From the NCBI GenBank assembly GCA_965223545.1, contig OZ245006.1:7808001-7872000 (forward strand): a stretch of 64,000 nt of DNA, given 5' to 3'. How positions within the stretch are numbered: position 1 is the first letter of the stretch; each line of letters begins with the position of its first letter. This document shows, one piece after another, positions 1 through 9,727 of this stretch. The notes under the pieces are model-generated. The model searched no databases. It saw only the letters and a list, made by a program, of their open reading frames with translations, and was not told the DNA's origin. The DNA comes from Planctomycetota bacterium (GTDB taxonomy: Bacteria > Planctomycetota > UBA1135 > UBA2386). A program made the position numbers and the translations under genes.

Positions 1-150
1 TGCGCCAAGGAGATCGACTACATGGAGCTGGCGGTCAGTGGTGGGCTCGAAGAGGTCGCGAGGCTTGAGGCGCTTGCGCGGGGTGAGGTGGTGGTGATCG
101 AGAGGGCTGGCACGCGGCTTGAGCCGCGGCAGCAGGAGGTGCTGGGATGA
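1..150 (+). CDS. 3' end of an upstream phage gene (partial)
   Basis: Open frame CAKEIDYMELA...QEVLG*; its stop overlaps the next ATG (ATGA at 147-150). Confidence 0.5.
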   Translation, partial: CAKEIDYMELAVSGGLEEVARLEALARGEVVVIERAGTRLEPRQQEVLG

Positions 151-1208
151 CGGCGATTCAGTGGACCGACGAGACATGGAACCCGACAACAGGCTGCGCG
201 AAGGTCTCGACTGGCTGCAAGAACTGCTACGCGGAGCGACTTGCTCCCAGAGTCTTCGCAGGGCAGGTGGTCACCAAGGACGGGCGAGAGCGACCACGGC
301 GTTTCACCGACGTGTGGTTCCACCGGGAACGTTTGACCAAGCCGCTGAGATGGCGAAAGCCACGTCGCGTGTTCGTCAACTCCATGAGCGATCTGTTTCA
401 TCCCGCCGTCCGGGACGATCAGATTGACGAGATCTTCGGGGTGATGGCGCAAGCGGGGAGACACACGTTCCAGGTGCTGACCAAGCGGCCGGAACGTATG
501 CGTGACTACCTCGCGGCTGATGGCGTGCGCGAGCGGATCAACGCCGCTGCCAATGCGCTCACGGAGCCACCCGACAACGATTGCGCGCTGAACGCGGGTT
601 GGCCGCTTCCGAATGTGTGGCTCGGCACGTCGGTCGAAGATCAAGCCGCCGCCCGACAGAGGCTCAGCGCGCTGGCGGAAACACCCGCGGCGATCCGGTT
701 CGCAAGTGTCGAGCCTCTGCTTGGCCACGTCGACTTGAGCCCATGGCTGGACGAGATCGGGACCGCGGTCAACTGCGTCGACTGCGGCTTGCGCAAGGAG
801 CCATGGGGTAGGTCTGCTCCGCTGGAGATGGCGAACGGGCTGTGCGATCACGAGTGCCCGGGCTACGACAAAGACCCCCGTCCAGGCGGTCTGTGGCCGG
901 GCGAGAGCCTCCGCGAGTTTGGATTCCCGAAAGAGGTTGTCCGTCGCATCTGCCTTGACTGGGTGATCGTAGGTGGTGAGTCGGGACCAGGGGCACGCCC
1001 GTGCCTCTACGAATGGGTGCGTGACGTGGTCCGTCAGTGCGATGACGCGCGTACGCCGGTGTTCGTCAAGCAACTGGGTGGTTCGCCCTGGCGTGGCGAC
1101 GAGAGAGCGAGACGCTCCATGAACCTCTCGGATCCGAAGGGCGGCAACCCGGGGGAGTGGCCCGAGGATGTTCGGCGGCGTGAATGGCCGGAGGTGGATC
1201 GTGACTAG
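147..1208 (+). CDS. Phage Gp37/Gp68 (DUF5131) family protein
   Basis: IQWTDETWNPTTGCAKVSTGCKNCYAE, FVNSMSDLFH, LTKRPER, WVIVGGESGPGARP, PVFVKQLG motifs. Confidence 0.92.
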   Translation: MTAIQWTDETWNPTTGCAKVSTGCKNCYAERLAPRVFAGQVVTKDGRERPRRFTDVWFHRERLTKPLRWRKPRRVFVNSMSDLFHPAVRDDQIDEIFGVMAQAGRHTFQVLTKRPERMRDYLAADGVRERINAAANALTEPPDNDCALNAGWPLPNVWLGTSVEDQAAARQRLSALAETPAAIRFASVEPLLGHVDLSPWLDEIGTAVNCVDCGLRKEPWGRSAPLEMANGLCDHECPGYDKDPRPGGLWPGESLREFGFPKEVVRRICLDWVIVGGESGPGARPCLYEWVRDVVRQCDDARTPVFVKQLGGSPWRGDERARRSMNLSDPKGGNPGEWPEDVRRREWPEVDRD

Positions 1209-1449
1209 CCGATTCAAGTGCCCAGGCTGCACCTACTCGGTTGAGGTTGAGGTCGAGATCGGCCTCCGTGTCCGCGAAGGGCAGGAGCCTGTGGACATGC
1301 GTTGGGCGTCGATGACGTTCGGCGAGGCTCAGTTTCATCTGGTGCGCGCGCACTTGAAGGCGGCCGGGGGCCACCGTGAGCAGGCGGCGCGCTCCCTGGG
1401 CGTCAGCGAACGGACGCTATATCGGTGGATGGCGAAGGCGGGGATCTGA
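1201..1449 (+). CDS. Small Fis-type HTH protein with N-terminal CxxC
   Basis: GGHREQAARSLGVSERTLYRWM resembles the Fis HTH; GTG start overlaps the previous gene. Confidence 0.8.
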   Translation: MTSRFKCPGCTYSVEVEVEIGLRVREGQEPVDMRWASMTFGEAQFHLVRAHLKAAGGHREQAARSLGVSERTLYRWMAKAGI

Positions 1450-2273
1450 TGACGAGAAAGAACAAGCTGCACGCCCAGCACCCGAAGGCTTTGGCGCACG
1501 GGATGGGCAATGTCGCCTGGTGCGGCACCTACGGTGAGGTGGCGGCCGTGTCGGAGAAGGTGGATTGCTTGCGCTGCAAGGCGATGCAGGAGAACTCAGA
1601 CAGGGGTCGGGAGCCGACACGAACTGCCCGCTACCTGCTCAAGACCGTTGGCCCCAAGGGCGAGGCACATGGCGGCTTCCGTTGGCCGCTCACGCCTGAC
1701 ACAGTCGTCACGGCCCCGGATTGGGACCCGACTCCTGAGTGCGGCGGCGGACTTCACGGCGCGCTGAACGGCGAGGGAGATGGCGGCCTGTTCGATTGGA
1801 GCGAAGGCGCGATCTGGATTGCGGCCGAGATCCCAGAGGGCGTTGAGGTCGTCGACCTCGGCGGCAAGGTCAAGGTGCAATCATGCATCGTCTGGGTGGC
1901 TGGCACCCGCGAAGAGGCTACGTCATGGCTGAGTGAGCGGTGCCCGGGGGCGGCGATCATCGGGGGCACGAGCACGTCGGGCAACCGCGGCACGAGCACG
2001 TCGGGCGACGGAGGTACGAGCACGTCGGGCAACGACGGCACGAGCACGTCGGGCAACGACGGCACGAGCACGTCGGGCGACTATGGCACGAGCACGTCGG
2101 GCAACGGCGGCACTAGCACGTCGGGCGACGGAGGCATGCTCGCAATCAAGCGCTGGGACGGCTCCCGCCACAGGCTGCACGTCGCCTACGTCGGCGAGAA
2201 CGGCATCGAACCCAACGTGCCCTACCGGCTCGACGAGGACGGCAAGTTCGTGCGTGCGGAGGACGAGGAATGA
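1449..2273 (+). CDS. Ice-nucleation-protein-like protein with 7 octapeptide repeats
   Basis: N-domain (HGGFRWP..GGGLHGALNGEG..WIAAEI..KVK) and C-domain (WDGSRHRLHVAYVGENGIEPNVPY) resemble the InaZ terminal domains; (GTSTSGxx)7 core. Confidence 0.8.
   Translation: MTRKNKLHAQHPKALAHGMGNVAWCGTYGEVAAVSEKVDCLRCKAMQENSDRGREPTRTARYLLKTVGPKGEAHGGFRWPLTPDTVVTAPDWDPTPECGGGLHGALNGEGDGGLFDWSEGAIWIAAEIPEGVEVVDLGGKVKVQSCIVWVAGTREEATSWLSERCPGAAIIGGTSTSGNRGTSTSGDGGTSTSGNDGTSTSGNDGTSTSGDYGTSTSGNGGTSTSGDGGMLAIKRWDGSRHRLHVAYVGENGIEPNVPYRLDEDGKFVRAEDEE
1965..2132 (+). repeat. 7 x 24-bp coding tandem repeat (GGCACGAGCACGTCGGGCRACNNN)
   Basis: Read directly from the sequence. Confidence 0.95.
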
Positions 2274-2842
2274 AGCTCTACAACACGAGATCGCGAGAGG
2301 TCGAGACCGTCCAGCCACACACACCGGGCTTCGTCCGGATGTACACTTGCAGACCGACCGTCTACTCGACGCCGCACATCGGCAACTTCCGCTCGTTCCT
2401 GGTCGCCGACCTCATTCGTCGTGTGCTCGAAGACCAGGGCTACAGCGTACGCCACGTGATGAACATCACCGACGTCGGCCACATGACCGCGGACGACGTC
2501 GACAAGATCCAGGCCGCGGCCGACAAGCGCGGGTCAACGCCGGAGGAGATCGCGCGCTACCACGAAGAGGAGTTCCTGTGGTGCATGCGCGCGCTCCGGT
2601 GTCGGATGCCGCATGTTCTGCCGCGAGCGTCGGAGTTTGTGCCTGGCATGCTGAGGACCGTGGGCCGCCTGCTGAAGAACGGGCACGCCTACATCTCCAA
2701 CGGTAGCGTCTACTTCACGTCGTCACCTTCGATGGCTTCTGCGGGGTTGAGGGCCCACTTTCCCATCACGGCCAACACCCGTTCCCAGCTTGGCGTCTCG
2801 AGGAGGTCGTCGAGGCTAGACATGGCGCGTTGTCTTGCGTGA
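2270..2842 (+). pseudogene. cysS: Truncated cysteinyl-tRNA synthetase (N-terminal ~150 aa)
   Basis: MKLYNT, MYTCRPTVY, HIGN, NITDVGH, DKI, PRASE, GHAY..NGSVYF; similarity stops at ~2717; no KMSKS or anticodon domain. Confidence 0.85.
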
Positions 2843-3282
2843 TGTGAGGAGTGGGCCATCGTCAACTTCTCGGGGTGGGGGCGTCCGCACCATCTGCTAC
2901 GAAAGGTTGGCGCTGGCGCCACTTCGTTCAGTGTGTTCGCAAGCGCGCTCTGCAGCATGTTCCAGTGCTCCATCGTCGTCGCGATTGCGCACCATAGACG
3001 GACATTCACTTGCCTGGGCTCAGGCAGGTCTGGCTTTGCGATGCACGCGAGCGCCTCCAGACCGATCAGGGTCCCCTGACAGTCGACATCCGCGACAACC
3101 TTTCCGCCAGCGAGGATCTTCTGCTGCACTCCGCCGGCGTTGGACACCTGCAGCGCAAGATACGAACAGGAAATCCGTCGCCCCTCCGGTCCGTCCTCCA
3201 CAGAGAAGCTGAGACGGGCTTCTGGCAACCTCACGTACTCGTCAGGGAGGATGTCGAATCTGATCCGGTCCGACTTGCTCAT
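2710..3282 (-). CDS. Hypothetical protein with a DUF2283-like segment
   Basis: SYLAL...KVVADVDCQGTLIGLE pattern; the only antisense ORF in this operon. Confidence 0.5.
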   Translation of the reverse strand: MSKSDRIRFDILPDEYVRLPEARLSFSVEDGPEGRRISCSYLALQVSNAGGVQQKILAGGKVVADVDCQGTLIGLEALACIAKPDLPEPRQVNVRLWCAIATTMEHWNMLQSALANTLNEVAPAPTFRSRWCGRPHPEKLTMAHSSHHARQRAMSSLDDLLETPSWERVLAVMGKWALNPAEAIEGDDVK

Positions 3283-3401
3283 GTTTGCCCCTGTCTCCAG
3301 CAGGGTTTTGGGAGGTGTGAGCAGTGTACCGGCTTGCCCTAGCCCTGCCAGATCGCCCAAAATCACCCTCGAGATAGCTGGGCGGCCGAGCGCGAGCACG
3401 C

Positions 3402-3977
3402 ATGGCCGCGAAGAAGCGCGGGGCAAAGTCCGGGAAAGCCGGGAGCCCCAAAAAAAAGCGAGGCACCGATTACCGGTGGAGCACAGACGCGTTCTGCGCT
3501 GCCCTTGAGGAGCGAGGGACGGTCAAGGCTGCGTGTGACGCCCTCGGAATCGGCAAGTCGTCGGCCTACCGCCGGCGTAGTGCGCAGCCAGAGTTCGCCA
3601 AGGCGTGGGACGAGGCACTGGGCCCGTACCTCGACGATCTCGAGGAGGTCTTCCGCGACAAGGCGCGGCACGGCTGGGAGGAGGTGACCGAGGTCACGCT
3701 CTACAAGAAGGACGGCGAAGGCGCGGGCGAGCAGGAGATCCTCGTGGAGCGTCGAGTCGTGACCAAGTGGTCGCCGACGCCGGGCATCTTTCTGCTCAAG
3801 CACAGGCGACCGGAGGTCTTCATGGAGCGGGTGGTCGCCGGCCGCTTGCTCGCCGAGAGTGGTCAGGACCCGCTCGAGGTCGCCCGGCAGCTTGAGGAGC
3901 TTGGTCGTCAGATCCGCGAGACAGTGGCTCGGAAGCCCGACGAGGGCGAGGACCCGCACGAGGACGGGTTCGGGTAG
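3402..3977 (+). CDS. Terminase small subunit (putative)
   Basis: HTH (TVKAACDALGIGKSSAYRRR..PEFAKAWDEA), directly upstream of TerL. Confidence 0.8.
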   Translation: MAAKKRGAKSGKAGSPKKKRGTDYRWSTDAFCAALEERGTVKAACDALGIGKSSAYRRRSAQPEFAKAWDEALGPYLDDLEEVFRDKARHGWEEVTEVTLYKKDGEGAGEQEILVERRVVTKWSPTPGIFLLKHRRPEVFMERVVAGRLLAESGQDPLEVARQLEELGRQIRETVARKPDEGEDPHEDGFG

Positions 3978-5320
3978 TGCGTGCGCAGGCGTTGACCCCG
4001 CGGTGGCGGCCGCTGAGCTACCACCCCGCGCAATACGCGCTGTACTGGGCCTCACGCAGCCGGTTCCGGATCGTCCCGGCGGGTCGTCGATCGGGGAAGA
4101 CCGAGATTGCCAAGCGGTGGGTCGTAGCCCGGGCCTGCCGGACGTCGTGTGTTGGCCGGAAGTATGCATTCGCCGCACCGACGCGGGATCAGGCGAAACG
4201 CATCTACTGGATTGACCTCAAGGCGCTGGTGCCAGCGGCGTGGGTCAGCCAGGTTAGCGAAACCGAGCTGACCATCGTCCTGCGTAACGGCACGCGCCTC
4301 TGCGTGGTCGGGATGGACCGGCCAGAGCGCATCGAGGGCGAGCCGCTCGATGGCATCGTGCTCGACGAGTACGCCAACATGAAGCAGGAGACGTGGATGG
4401 CTCACGTCTTCCCTGCGCTCAACACTCCGGGTCGCCCTCCTGGCTGGGCGTGGTTCATCGGCGTCCCCGAGGGTCGCAACCACTACTGGGAGCTATGGCA
4501 GGATGTGCCTCGGCTGCAAGCTCTTGGCGAGAGTTGGGACCGTTTCACGTGGAAATCGGCGGACATCATGTCGCCGGAGCAGCTGGAGACGCTGCGCCGC
4601 TCGATGGACGAGCGCACGTTCCGCCAGGAGCTCGAGGGCAGCTTCGAGAGCTTCGCCGGCCTCGCCTACTACAACTGGTCCGACGCCAACGTCGCCCCGG
4701 TCGCCCAGCTCTACGACGCCTCCCGCCCGCTGATCTTCTGCTTCGACTTCAACACGAGCCCCGGCGTCTGCATCGTCGCCCAGCACTGGCAGGGCCAGAA
4801 GATCACGCCCGAGCAGGCCGACGACGGCTGCACGATCGTCATCGCCGAGACCTGGATCGAGAAGCACAGCAACACACCGATGGTGTGTCGGGCTGTCCTG
4901 AACGAGTGGGGGATGCATCCGGGCGAGGTGCATGTCTACGGCGACGCAACAGGCGGGGCAAAGGGCACGACCGCGGTCCTGGGCTCGGATTGGGACATCA
5001 TCGAACGCGAGTTCGCGCGTGCGTTTGGCCAACGGCTAAGCATGCGCAATCGGACGCAGAACTCCGACGAGCGCGCGCGAGTGAACGCCGTCAACAGCCG
5101 AGTGCAATCGACCGATGGCAAGATCCGCCTATACGTCGACCCCAAATACTCGGCAAAGACGATTCGCGACTTCGAACAAGTCGAGACAGTCGAAGGCAGT
5201 GGCGAGCTTCTGAAAGTGCAAGGTGGCCCATTGACTCACGCGACTGACGCGTTGGGATACTACATCGCCGACAAGTTCCCGGTGAGTGGCACCGAGCTTT
5301 GGTCGGCGGATGTTGCATGA
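3977..5320 (+). CDS. terL: Terminase large subunit
   Basis: Walker A GRRSGKT, Walker B IVLDE, nuclease motifs FDFN, YGDATG, HATDALGY. Confidence 0.95.
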   Translation: MRAQALTPRWRPLSYHPAQYALYWASRSRFRIVPAGRRSGKTEIAKRWVVARACRTSCVGRKYAFAAPTRDQAKRIYWIDLKALVPAAWVSQVSETELTIVLRNGTRLCVVGMDRPERIEGEPLDGIVLDEYANMKQETWMAHVFPALNTPGRPPGWAWFIGVPEGRNHYWELWQDVPRLQALGESWDRFTWKSADIMSPEQLETLRRSMDERTFRQELEGSFESFAGLAYYNWSDANVAPVAQLYDASRPLIFCFDFNTSPGVCIVAQHWQGQKITPEQADDGCTIVIAETWIEKHSNTPMVCRAVLNEWGMHPGEVHVYGDATGGAKGTTAVLGSDWDIIEREFARAFGQRLSMRNRTQNSDERARVNAVNSRVQSTDGKIRLYVDPKYSAKTIRDFEQVETVEGSGELLKVQGGPLTHATDALGYYIADKFPVSGTELWSADVA

Positions 5321-6912
5321 GCAACCACCAAGACGCCGCACAGCGCCAACCGCGGCTAACGCAGCTCGCGGGCATTCACCTGCCGTCCGATCCGGAGAAG
5401 GCGACGGTTGCGTCAGCGTGTCCAGCGTTCTGGCGCATGTTGCCCTTCTTCGACTTCGCCGACGACTTCGTCGATGGTGACGATGCGATCCAGGCAGCGA
5501 CTTCGACGTACTTGCCGAGGTACGCTGCCGAGAAGCCCCAGGATTACCAGCGCCGGCTCTCGGGCACAGTGCTGACGCCTGGGTTTGCGCGCGCCGTCGA
5601 CGCGAACAGCTTGCGGCCGTTCGAGAAGTCTGTGAAGGTGCAACAGGGTTGCGACGACGCGGGCGAGCCGTGTCCGCTGCCGTACCCGCTTGATCGCATC
5701 GAGAAGCGGGTGTCCGGCGGTGACGAAGACCTAACCGCGTTCGCGCGCTCGCTGCTCTTCGATGGCACGAAGTACGGGCCTGCTGGCTTCCTCGTGGACA
5801 TGCCGGAGGTGTTGGATGGCACCAGTCCGGCCGACGTCGAGCGTCAACGGCTGTGGCCTGGGTTCCGGGCGATCCCTGCGCGCGACCTGTTCTGGTGGTC
5901 CGAGGGCGTGGACGAGGCGGGCGACCCCACAATCGACGCCATTCGCTGGCTCGACCTTCGCTCTGAGCGTGTCGGGCTCTACGGCATGCGTGAGTTCCCG
6001 ATTATCCGCTCTATGTCGGCGCCCGAGTTTGGCGAGCGCGGAATGTGGACGACGCATGTGCTCGAGGGCAGTGGTACCGACGCACAGTGGGTGCTTGAGG
6101 AGAGCGGCGAGCACGAGTTCCCCGGGCTCCCGTTCGTCTGGGGTCAGTTCGGCCCGCGCAAGGCCAAGCGCATCTACGAGTGTCGGCCGCCGCTCTACCA
6201 CATCGCGCGAATGAACCTGGCGCACCTGCGGTCCGCGAGCCGGCAGTCGCAGTACGTCGAACGAGTGCGAATCGCGACGGCGTTCCTCTCTGGCGTCGAC
6301 AAGACGGAACTGGAAGAGGGGCTTTTGGTCGGACCGAATCAGATCAAGGGCGTCAAGAACCCGAACGCCAAGCTGTCATTCCACGAGCATTCGGGCGCGG
6401 CTGCGCAGACTGGCTGGGACGACCTCGACCGCTGGGAACTCAAGATGGCGGTCGCGAGCCTCGAGCCCTTGCGCAGCAAGACCGGCACGCCGACCGCGAC
6501 CGGCAAGGCGATCGACACCGCCGAGAGCACGTCCGACATCCAGTCGCGCGTGCGGCTGCTCGAGATCATGCTGGAGCGCGGCTACGAGCACGCTGCTACG
6601 TGGGCCAAGGAAGAGCTGCCCGAAGGCTGGGGAATCGACATCTGGGCCTCGTTCCGGCTGTCGCTGACCACGGGCGAGGATCTCGACCGGATCATGAAGC
6701 TGCATGAGCGCGGCGGCATCTCGACGGTCACGATGACGAGCGAGTTCGTTGCGCGAGGGGCCCTGAGCGACCGCGTTGATCCCGAGGCCGAGATCGAGCG
6801 GCGGAAGGAGGAGGCGCAGGCTGAGCTGGAGCTTGCGAGGTTCGCGATCGACGACGATGGCGATCAGGGGCAGGGCGAGCCCGATCCGGAGGGCAAGGAT
6901 GACGCAGCCTGA
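5317..6912 (+). CDS. Portal protein (DUF4055-like)
   Basis: TYLPR..E....YQRRL, PPLYHIARMNLAH, TPTAT motifs; follows TerL. Confidence 0.9.
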   Translation: MSNHQDAAQRQPRLTQLAGIHLPSDPEKATVASACPAFWRMLPFFDFADDFVDGDDAIQAATSTYLPRYAAEKPQDYQRRLSGTVLTPGFARAVDANSLRPFEKSVKVQQGCDDAGEPCPLPYPLDRIEKRVSGGDEDLTAFARSLLFDGTKYGPAGFLVDMPEVLDGTSPADVERQRLWPGFRAIPARDLFWWSEGVDEAGDPTIDAIRWLDLRSERVGLYGMREFPIIRSMSAPEFGERGMWTTHVLEGSGTDAQWVLEESGEHEFPGLPFVWGQFGPRKAKRIYECRPPLYHIARMNLAHLRSASRQSQYVERVRIATAFLSGVDKTELEEGLLVGPNQIKGVKNPNAKLSFHEHSGAAAQTGWDDLDRWELKMAVASLEPLRSKTGTPTATGKAIDTAESTSDIQSRVRLLEIMLERGYEHAATWAKEELPEGWGIDIWASFRLSLTTGEDLDRIMKLHERGGISTVTMTSEFVARGALSDRVDPEAEIERRKEEAQAELELARFAIDDDGDQGQGEPDPEGKDDAA

Positions 6913-7396
6913 GAGCGTTGGGCGGACGTGTTACGACTGTGCGCTTCTACGCGTGCACCAGACAGGGTACAGCGACTACACCCCGACCGGTGAGGTGGTG
7001 ACGTGTGCGCTAGGCCACTTCGACCGAAGAAAGTCGGACGATTATGGTCCGCGCTCCCTGCTCCACTACGACGATTCGTCCCCCTCGCTTGAGGAACTCC
7101 CGAATCTCTGCGGCGCGTTCATGGCGGGGGAGCCCGAGACTCGCTCCGTCGACGACGACTGGTGGGATCAGTTTCGCCCTGACTCGAAACGATGGGGGGA
7201 TGTGCTGCTGGCCAACAAGGCCAGGTGCCTCCGCTGTGACGAAACGGTTGAAAGCGCAGATCGATGTGGCGCGTGGTGGGCGCAGTGCACGTGCGGGAAT
7301 GTCCAGGTATCTGGAGGTCTGGACTTCGAAGGGCGGAAAGTCGAGAACCCCGGGCTGTTCGTGGAGCTGAGCGAGCGATCGGGAGATGAGGACTGA
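6899..7396 (+). CDS. Cys-rich zinc-ribbon protein
   Basis: CYDC..C plus NKARCLRCDETVES..CTCGNVQVSGG. Confidence 0.65.
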   Translation: MTQPESVGRTCYDCALLRVHQTGYSDYTPTGEVVTCALGHFDRRKSDDYGPRSLLHYDDSSPSLEELPNLCGAFMAGEPETRSVDDDWWDQFRPDSKRWGDVLLANKARCLRCDETVESADRCGAWWAQCTCGNVQVSGGLDFEGRKVENPGLFVELSERSGDED

Positions 7397-7662
7397 TGCA
7401 GGCTCTCGACTGGCACGCCGACCTCACGGTTGAAGGCTTCCGCCTGCGCGAAGGCGAGAAGCCGACCGACGCTCACTTTGCCAACCAGGAGGCTGAGATC
7501 GGCCTGATGCCGCGCGGCACTGCGGAGGGGCGGCCCACGGTCATGCTCAAGGCACGCACAGCGGGCGGGGAGCTTGTGATCGTCGAGACGACGTTGCGGC
7601 TGTTGGCTACGGCGGTGGACGCCATGCGGGCCTACCAGGCGGGCGAAGAGCAGAGGAACTGA
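7396..7662 (+). CDS. Hypothetical phage protein
   Basis: Coupled start/stop; protein-like composition. Confidence 0.65.
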   Translation: MQALDWHADLTVEGFRLREGEKPTDAHFANQEAEIGLMPRGTAEGRPTVMLKARTAGGELVIVETTLRLLATAVDAMRAYQAGEEQRN

Positions 7663-7666
7663 TCCG

Positions 7667-7969
7667 ATGCAGATTGGCACGCGCCGCACGTTCTCCGTCC
7701 ATCGCTACATCGGAGGAGGCATCGAGAGTGGTTGGATGGTCTGGATCTACTGCCCGGGATGCGAGGCCGCGCACGCTCTGCAGGTGCCCCGCTGGTCGTT
7801 CAACGGAAGCTACGACGCGCCGACCTTCACGCCATCGCTCCTGACCCGGGGCGAGAAGCTGTGCCACTTGTTCATCACCGATGGAAGGCTGCGTTTCCTG
7901 GGCGACTGTGAGCACGACTTGGCGAACCAGGTCGTTGACTTGCCCGATCTTCCGGAGTGGTTGCAGTGA
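7667..7969 (+). CDS. DUF6527-like metal-binding protein
   Basis: CPGC...H..W.FNG....PTFTPSL..CH.FI.DG...F..DC.H. Confidence 0.8.
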   Translation: MQIGTRRTFSVHRYIGGGIESGWMVWIYCPGCEAAHALQVPRWSFNGSYDAPTFTPSLLTRGEKLCHLFITDGRLRFLGDCEHDLANQVVDLPDLPEWLQ

Positions 7970-8538
7970 CACGGATCATCACGAACAAGGCCAAGTGCAA
8001 ATGCTGCGGCGAGGTCGTTGAGAGCCACTCCTCCCCCTCGAACTACGAGACATGCTCCTGCGGCAACCTGTGCGTAGGTGGCGGACAAAAGAACATCCTG
8101 AGGGCGGCTAGCCGCTGGGACATGTACGAGGAACTGAGCGAGATCCGAAGCATCGACGACGAGGATGTCCGCCTCGAACAACTCCCTGCCCCTGGTCCGC
8201 GTCCGGATCGGCATGTCTATCGTTTTGATGGCGTCGACCCTCGCGGAGAACGCACGCCACGACACTTCACAGCCATCATTCTGGCTACTCGGAAGGATGG
8301 TTCACCAGTGAGCAAGGTCTACTCAACCGACCCGCACCGGGCCGTTAACGGGCCGCTCAGGTTTGAGGGTGGGACTGCGGTCATGGAGTTCGATGAAGAG
8401 ATCAACATCAACTTCATGGAGATCCAGAAGCACCAGAGCGCCCACCACTCGGTGGAAGCGATTTCGTGGGAAGTGCAGACGCCCGTGCCCTGGGAGAAGC
8501 GAGAGCTGGGGGACATGATCCAGCTGGAGGTCAAGTAG
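7966..8538 (+). CDS. Zinc-ribbon protein; N-terminus paralogous to the C-terminus of 6899-7396
   Basis: NKAKCKCCGEVVES...CSCGNLCVGGG. Confidence 0.7.
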   Translation: MTRIITNKAKCKCCGEVVESHSSPSNYETCSCGNLCVGGGQKNILRAASRWDMYEELSEIRSIDDEDVRLEQLPAPGPRPDRHVYRFDGVDPRGERTPRHFTAIILATRKDGSPVSKVYSTDPHRAVNGPLRFEGGTAVMEFDEEININFMEIQKHQSAHHSVEAISWEVQTPVPWEKRELGDMIQLEVK

Positions 8539-8924
8539 TGGCCGCCAGAGATCCGGACGCACCCTCGTTCGATCGACGCTTCGTCGTCGATCGCGATGGT
8601 TGGGTCTACAGCCTGCCGACAGACGAGACTCGCAGCGTCCCTGAACTGGAAGACGCTGGTTTCACGGTGCTACGCGGGTCGGCCCCGCTGCAGTTCTGGA
8701 ATGGCGCTGCCTTTGTCCCGCCCGGCGAGTTGCAGCCAGGCTCTAGCGATCCCTCCTCGCCGAAGTTCCTGGTCAAGGACGCGGCGGAGAAAGCCAGCCA
8801 CCTCACCGCCGCCGCGGCTGGCATGGAGTGGGATGCGAAGCAGGTGGCTCTCGTCGTCGAACAGGTGTTCGAGGAGCTCGGGATTGGCGACGTGCCCTCG
8901 GATGACGCCCTGGAGTTCATGTGA
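8538..8924 (+). CDS. Hypothetical phage protein
   Basis: GTG start coupled to the previous stop. Confidence 0.55.
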   Translation: MAARDPDAPSFDRRFVVDRDGWVYSLPTDETRSVPELEDAGFTVLRGSAPLQFWNGAAFVPPGELQPGSSDPSSPKFLVKDAAEKASHLTAAAAGMEWDAKQVALVVEQVFEELGIGDVPSDDALEFM

Positions 8925-9337
8925 TCTCCGCCGACGAACTCGCCCGCTGCAAGGCCGCCATCCCTGCGATGAAGCACCGCCTCGGTCTGCATGACTGGCA
9001 CATCGAAGTGCTCTGGGGCAAGACCGAGGCAGACGTGCGCGGGGTGTGCACAGCCACGCCGCGCTACCGAACTGCGACGATCCGCATCGACGAGACCGAG
9101 CACGACGACGGCGAGAGTGTGCTACGCACTCTGCGGCATGAGATGCTGCACATCGCTACGTCCGAGTTCGAGCCGATGTACGACGGCGCGATCGCGCTGG
9201 CGCGGTCCGACGGCGAGCGTGAGCTGATCCAATGCTTGCATCAGGAGTGCGGCGACCGCCTCGTGCTGATGCTCGAGCGGATGCTGGAGCACGGTCTTGG
9301 CGTGACGCTGGAAGCCCTGGCGGAGGAGGTCGCATGA
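8921..9337 (+). CDS. Putative zincin-like metallopeptidase
   Basis: TLRHEMLH (HExxH). Confidence 0.65.
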   Translation: MISADELARCKAAIPAMKHRLGLHDWHIEVLWGKTEADVRGVCTATPRYRTATIRIDETEHDDGESVLRTLRHEMLHIATSEFEPMYDGAIALARSDGERELIQCLHQECGDRLVLMLERMLEHGLGVTLEALAEEVA

Positions 9338-9442
9338 GCCGCGGTCTGTTCGAGCTGCCGAAATGGGAGGCTGCTGGCTGCGTGGTGTCGTGTTGGGAGC
9401 AGGGACTGCATGGATCCTTCGATGTTTCGGAGGCTGTGGCCG

Positions 9443-9727
9443 ATGGATGAGTACGTCGTTACAGCCCTGAGTTTCGTCATCGGCATCGGGCTAGCGGGCG
9501 GCATCGTCATCCTCTGGGATGGCGTGACGGTGGACATGCGCCTATTCCGCGCACTGTTGCATCCGCACATCTACGTCGTGGAGCAGAAGTTACTCACGGC
9601 GTCGATGTCTCTGCGGTGCATCGCGAAGACCGCCTTGTGGATGCTCTGGCTGCGAGGTGAGGCGCGCACATTCAAGACCGAGGAAGGGCGGCAGTGGATG
9701 GCTTTGCCTCGGGAGGGAGTGGCGTGA
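9443..9727 (+). CDS. Small membrane protein
   Basis: Hydrophobic segment VVTALSFVIGIGLAGGIVILW. Confidence 0.5.
   Translation: MDEYVVTALSFVIGIGLAGGIVILWDGVTVDMRLFRALLHPHIYVVEQKLLTASMSLRCIAKTALWMLWLRGEARTFKTEEGRQWMALPREGVA

Noticed and set aside
3271..3285. NMSKS as the missing CysRS KMSKS motif
   Set aside because: It is on the opposite strand and has no CysRS context; coincidence
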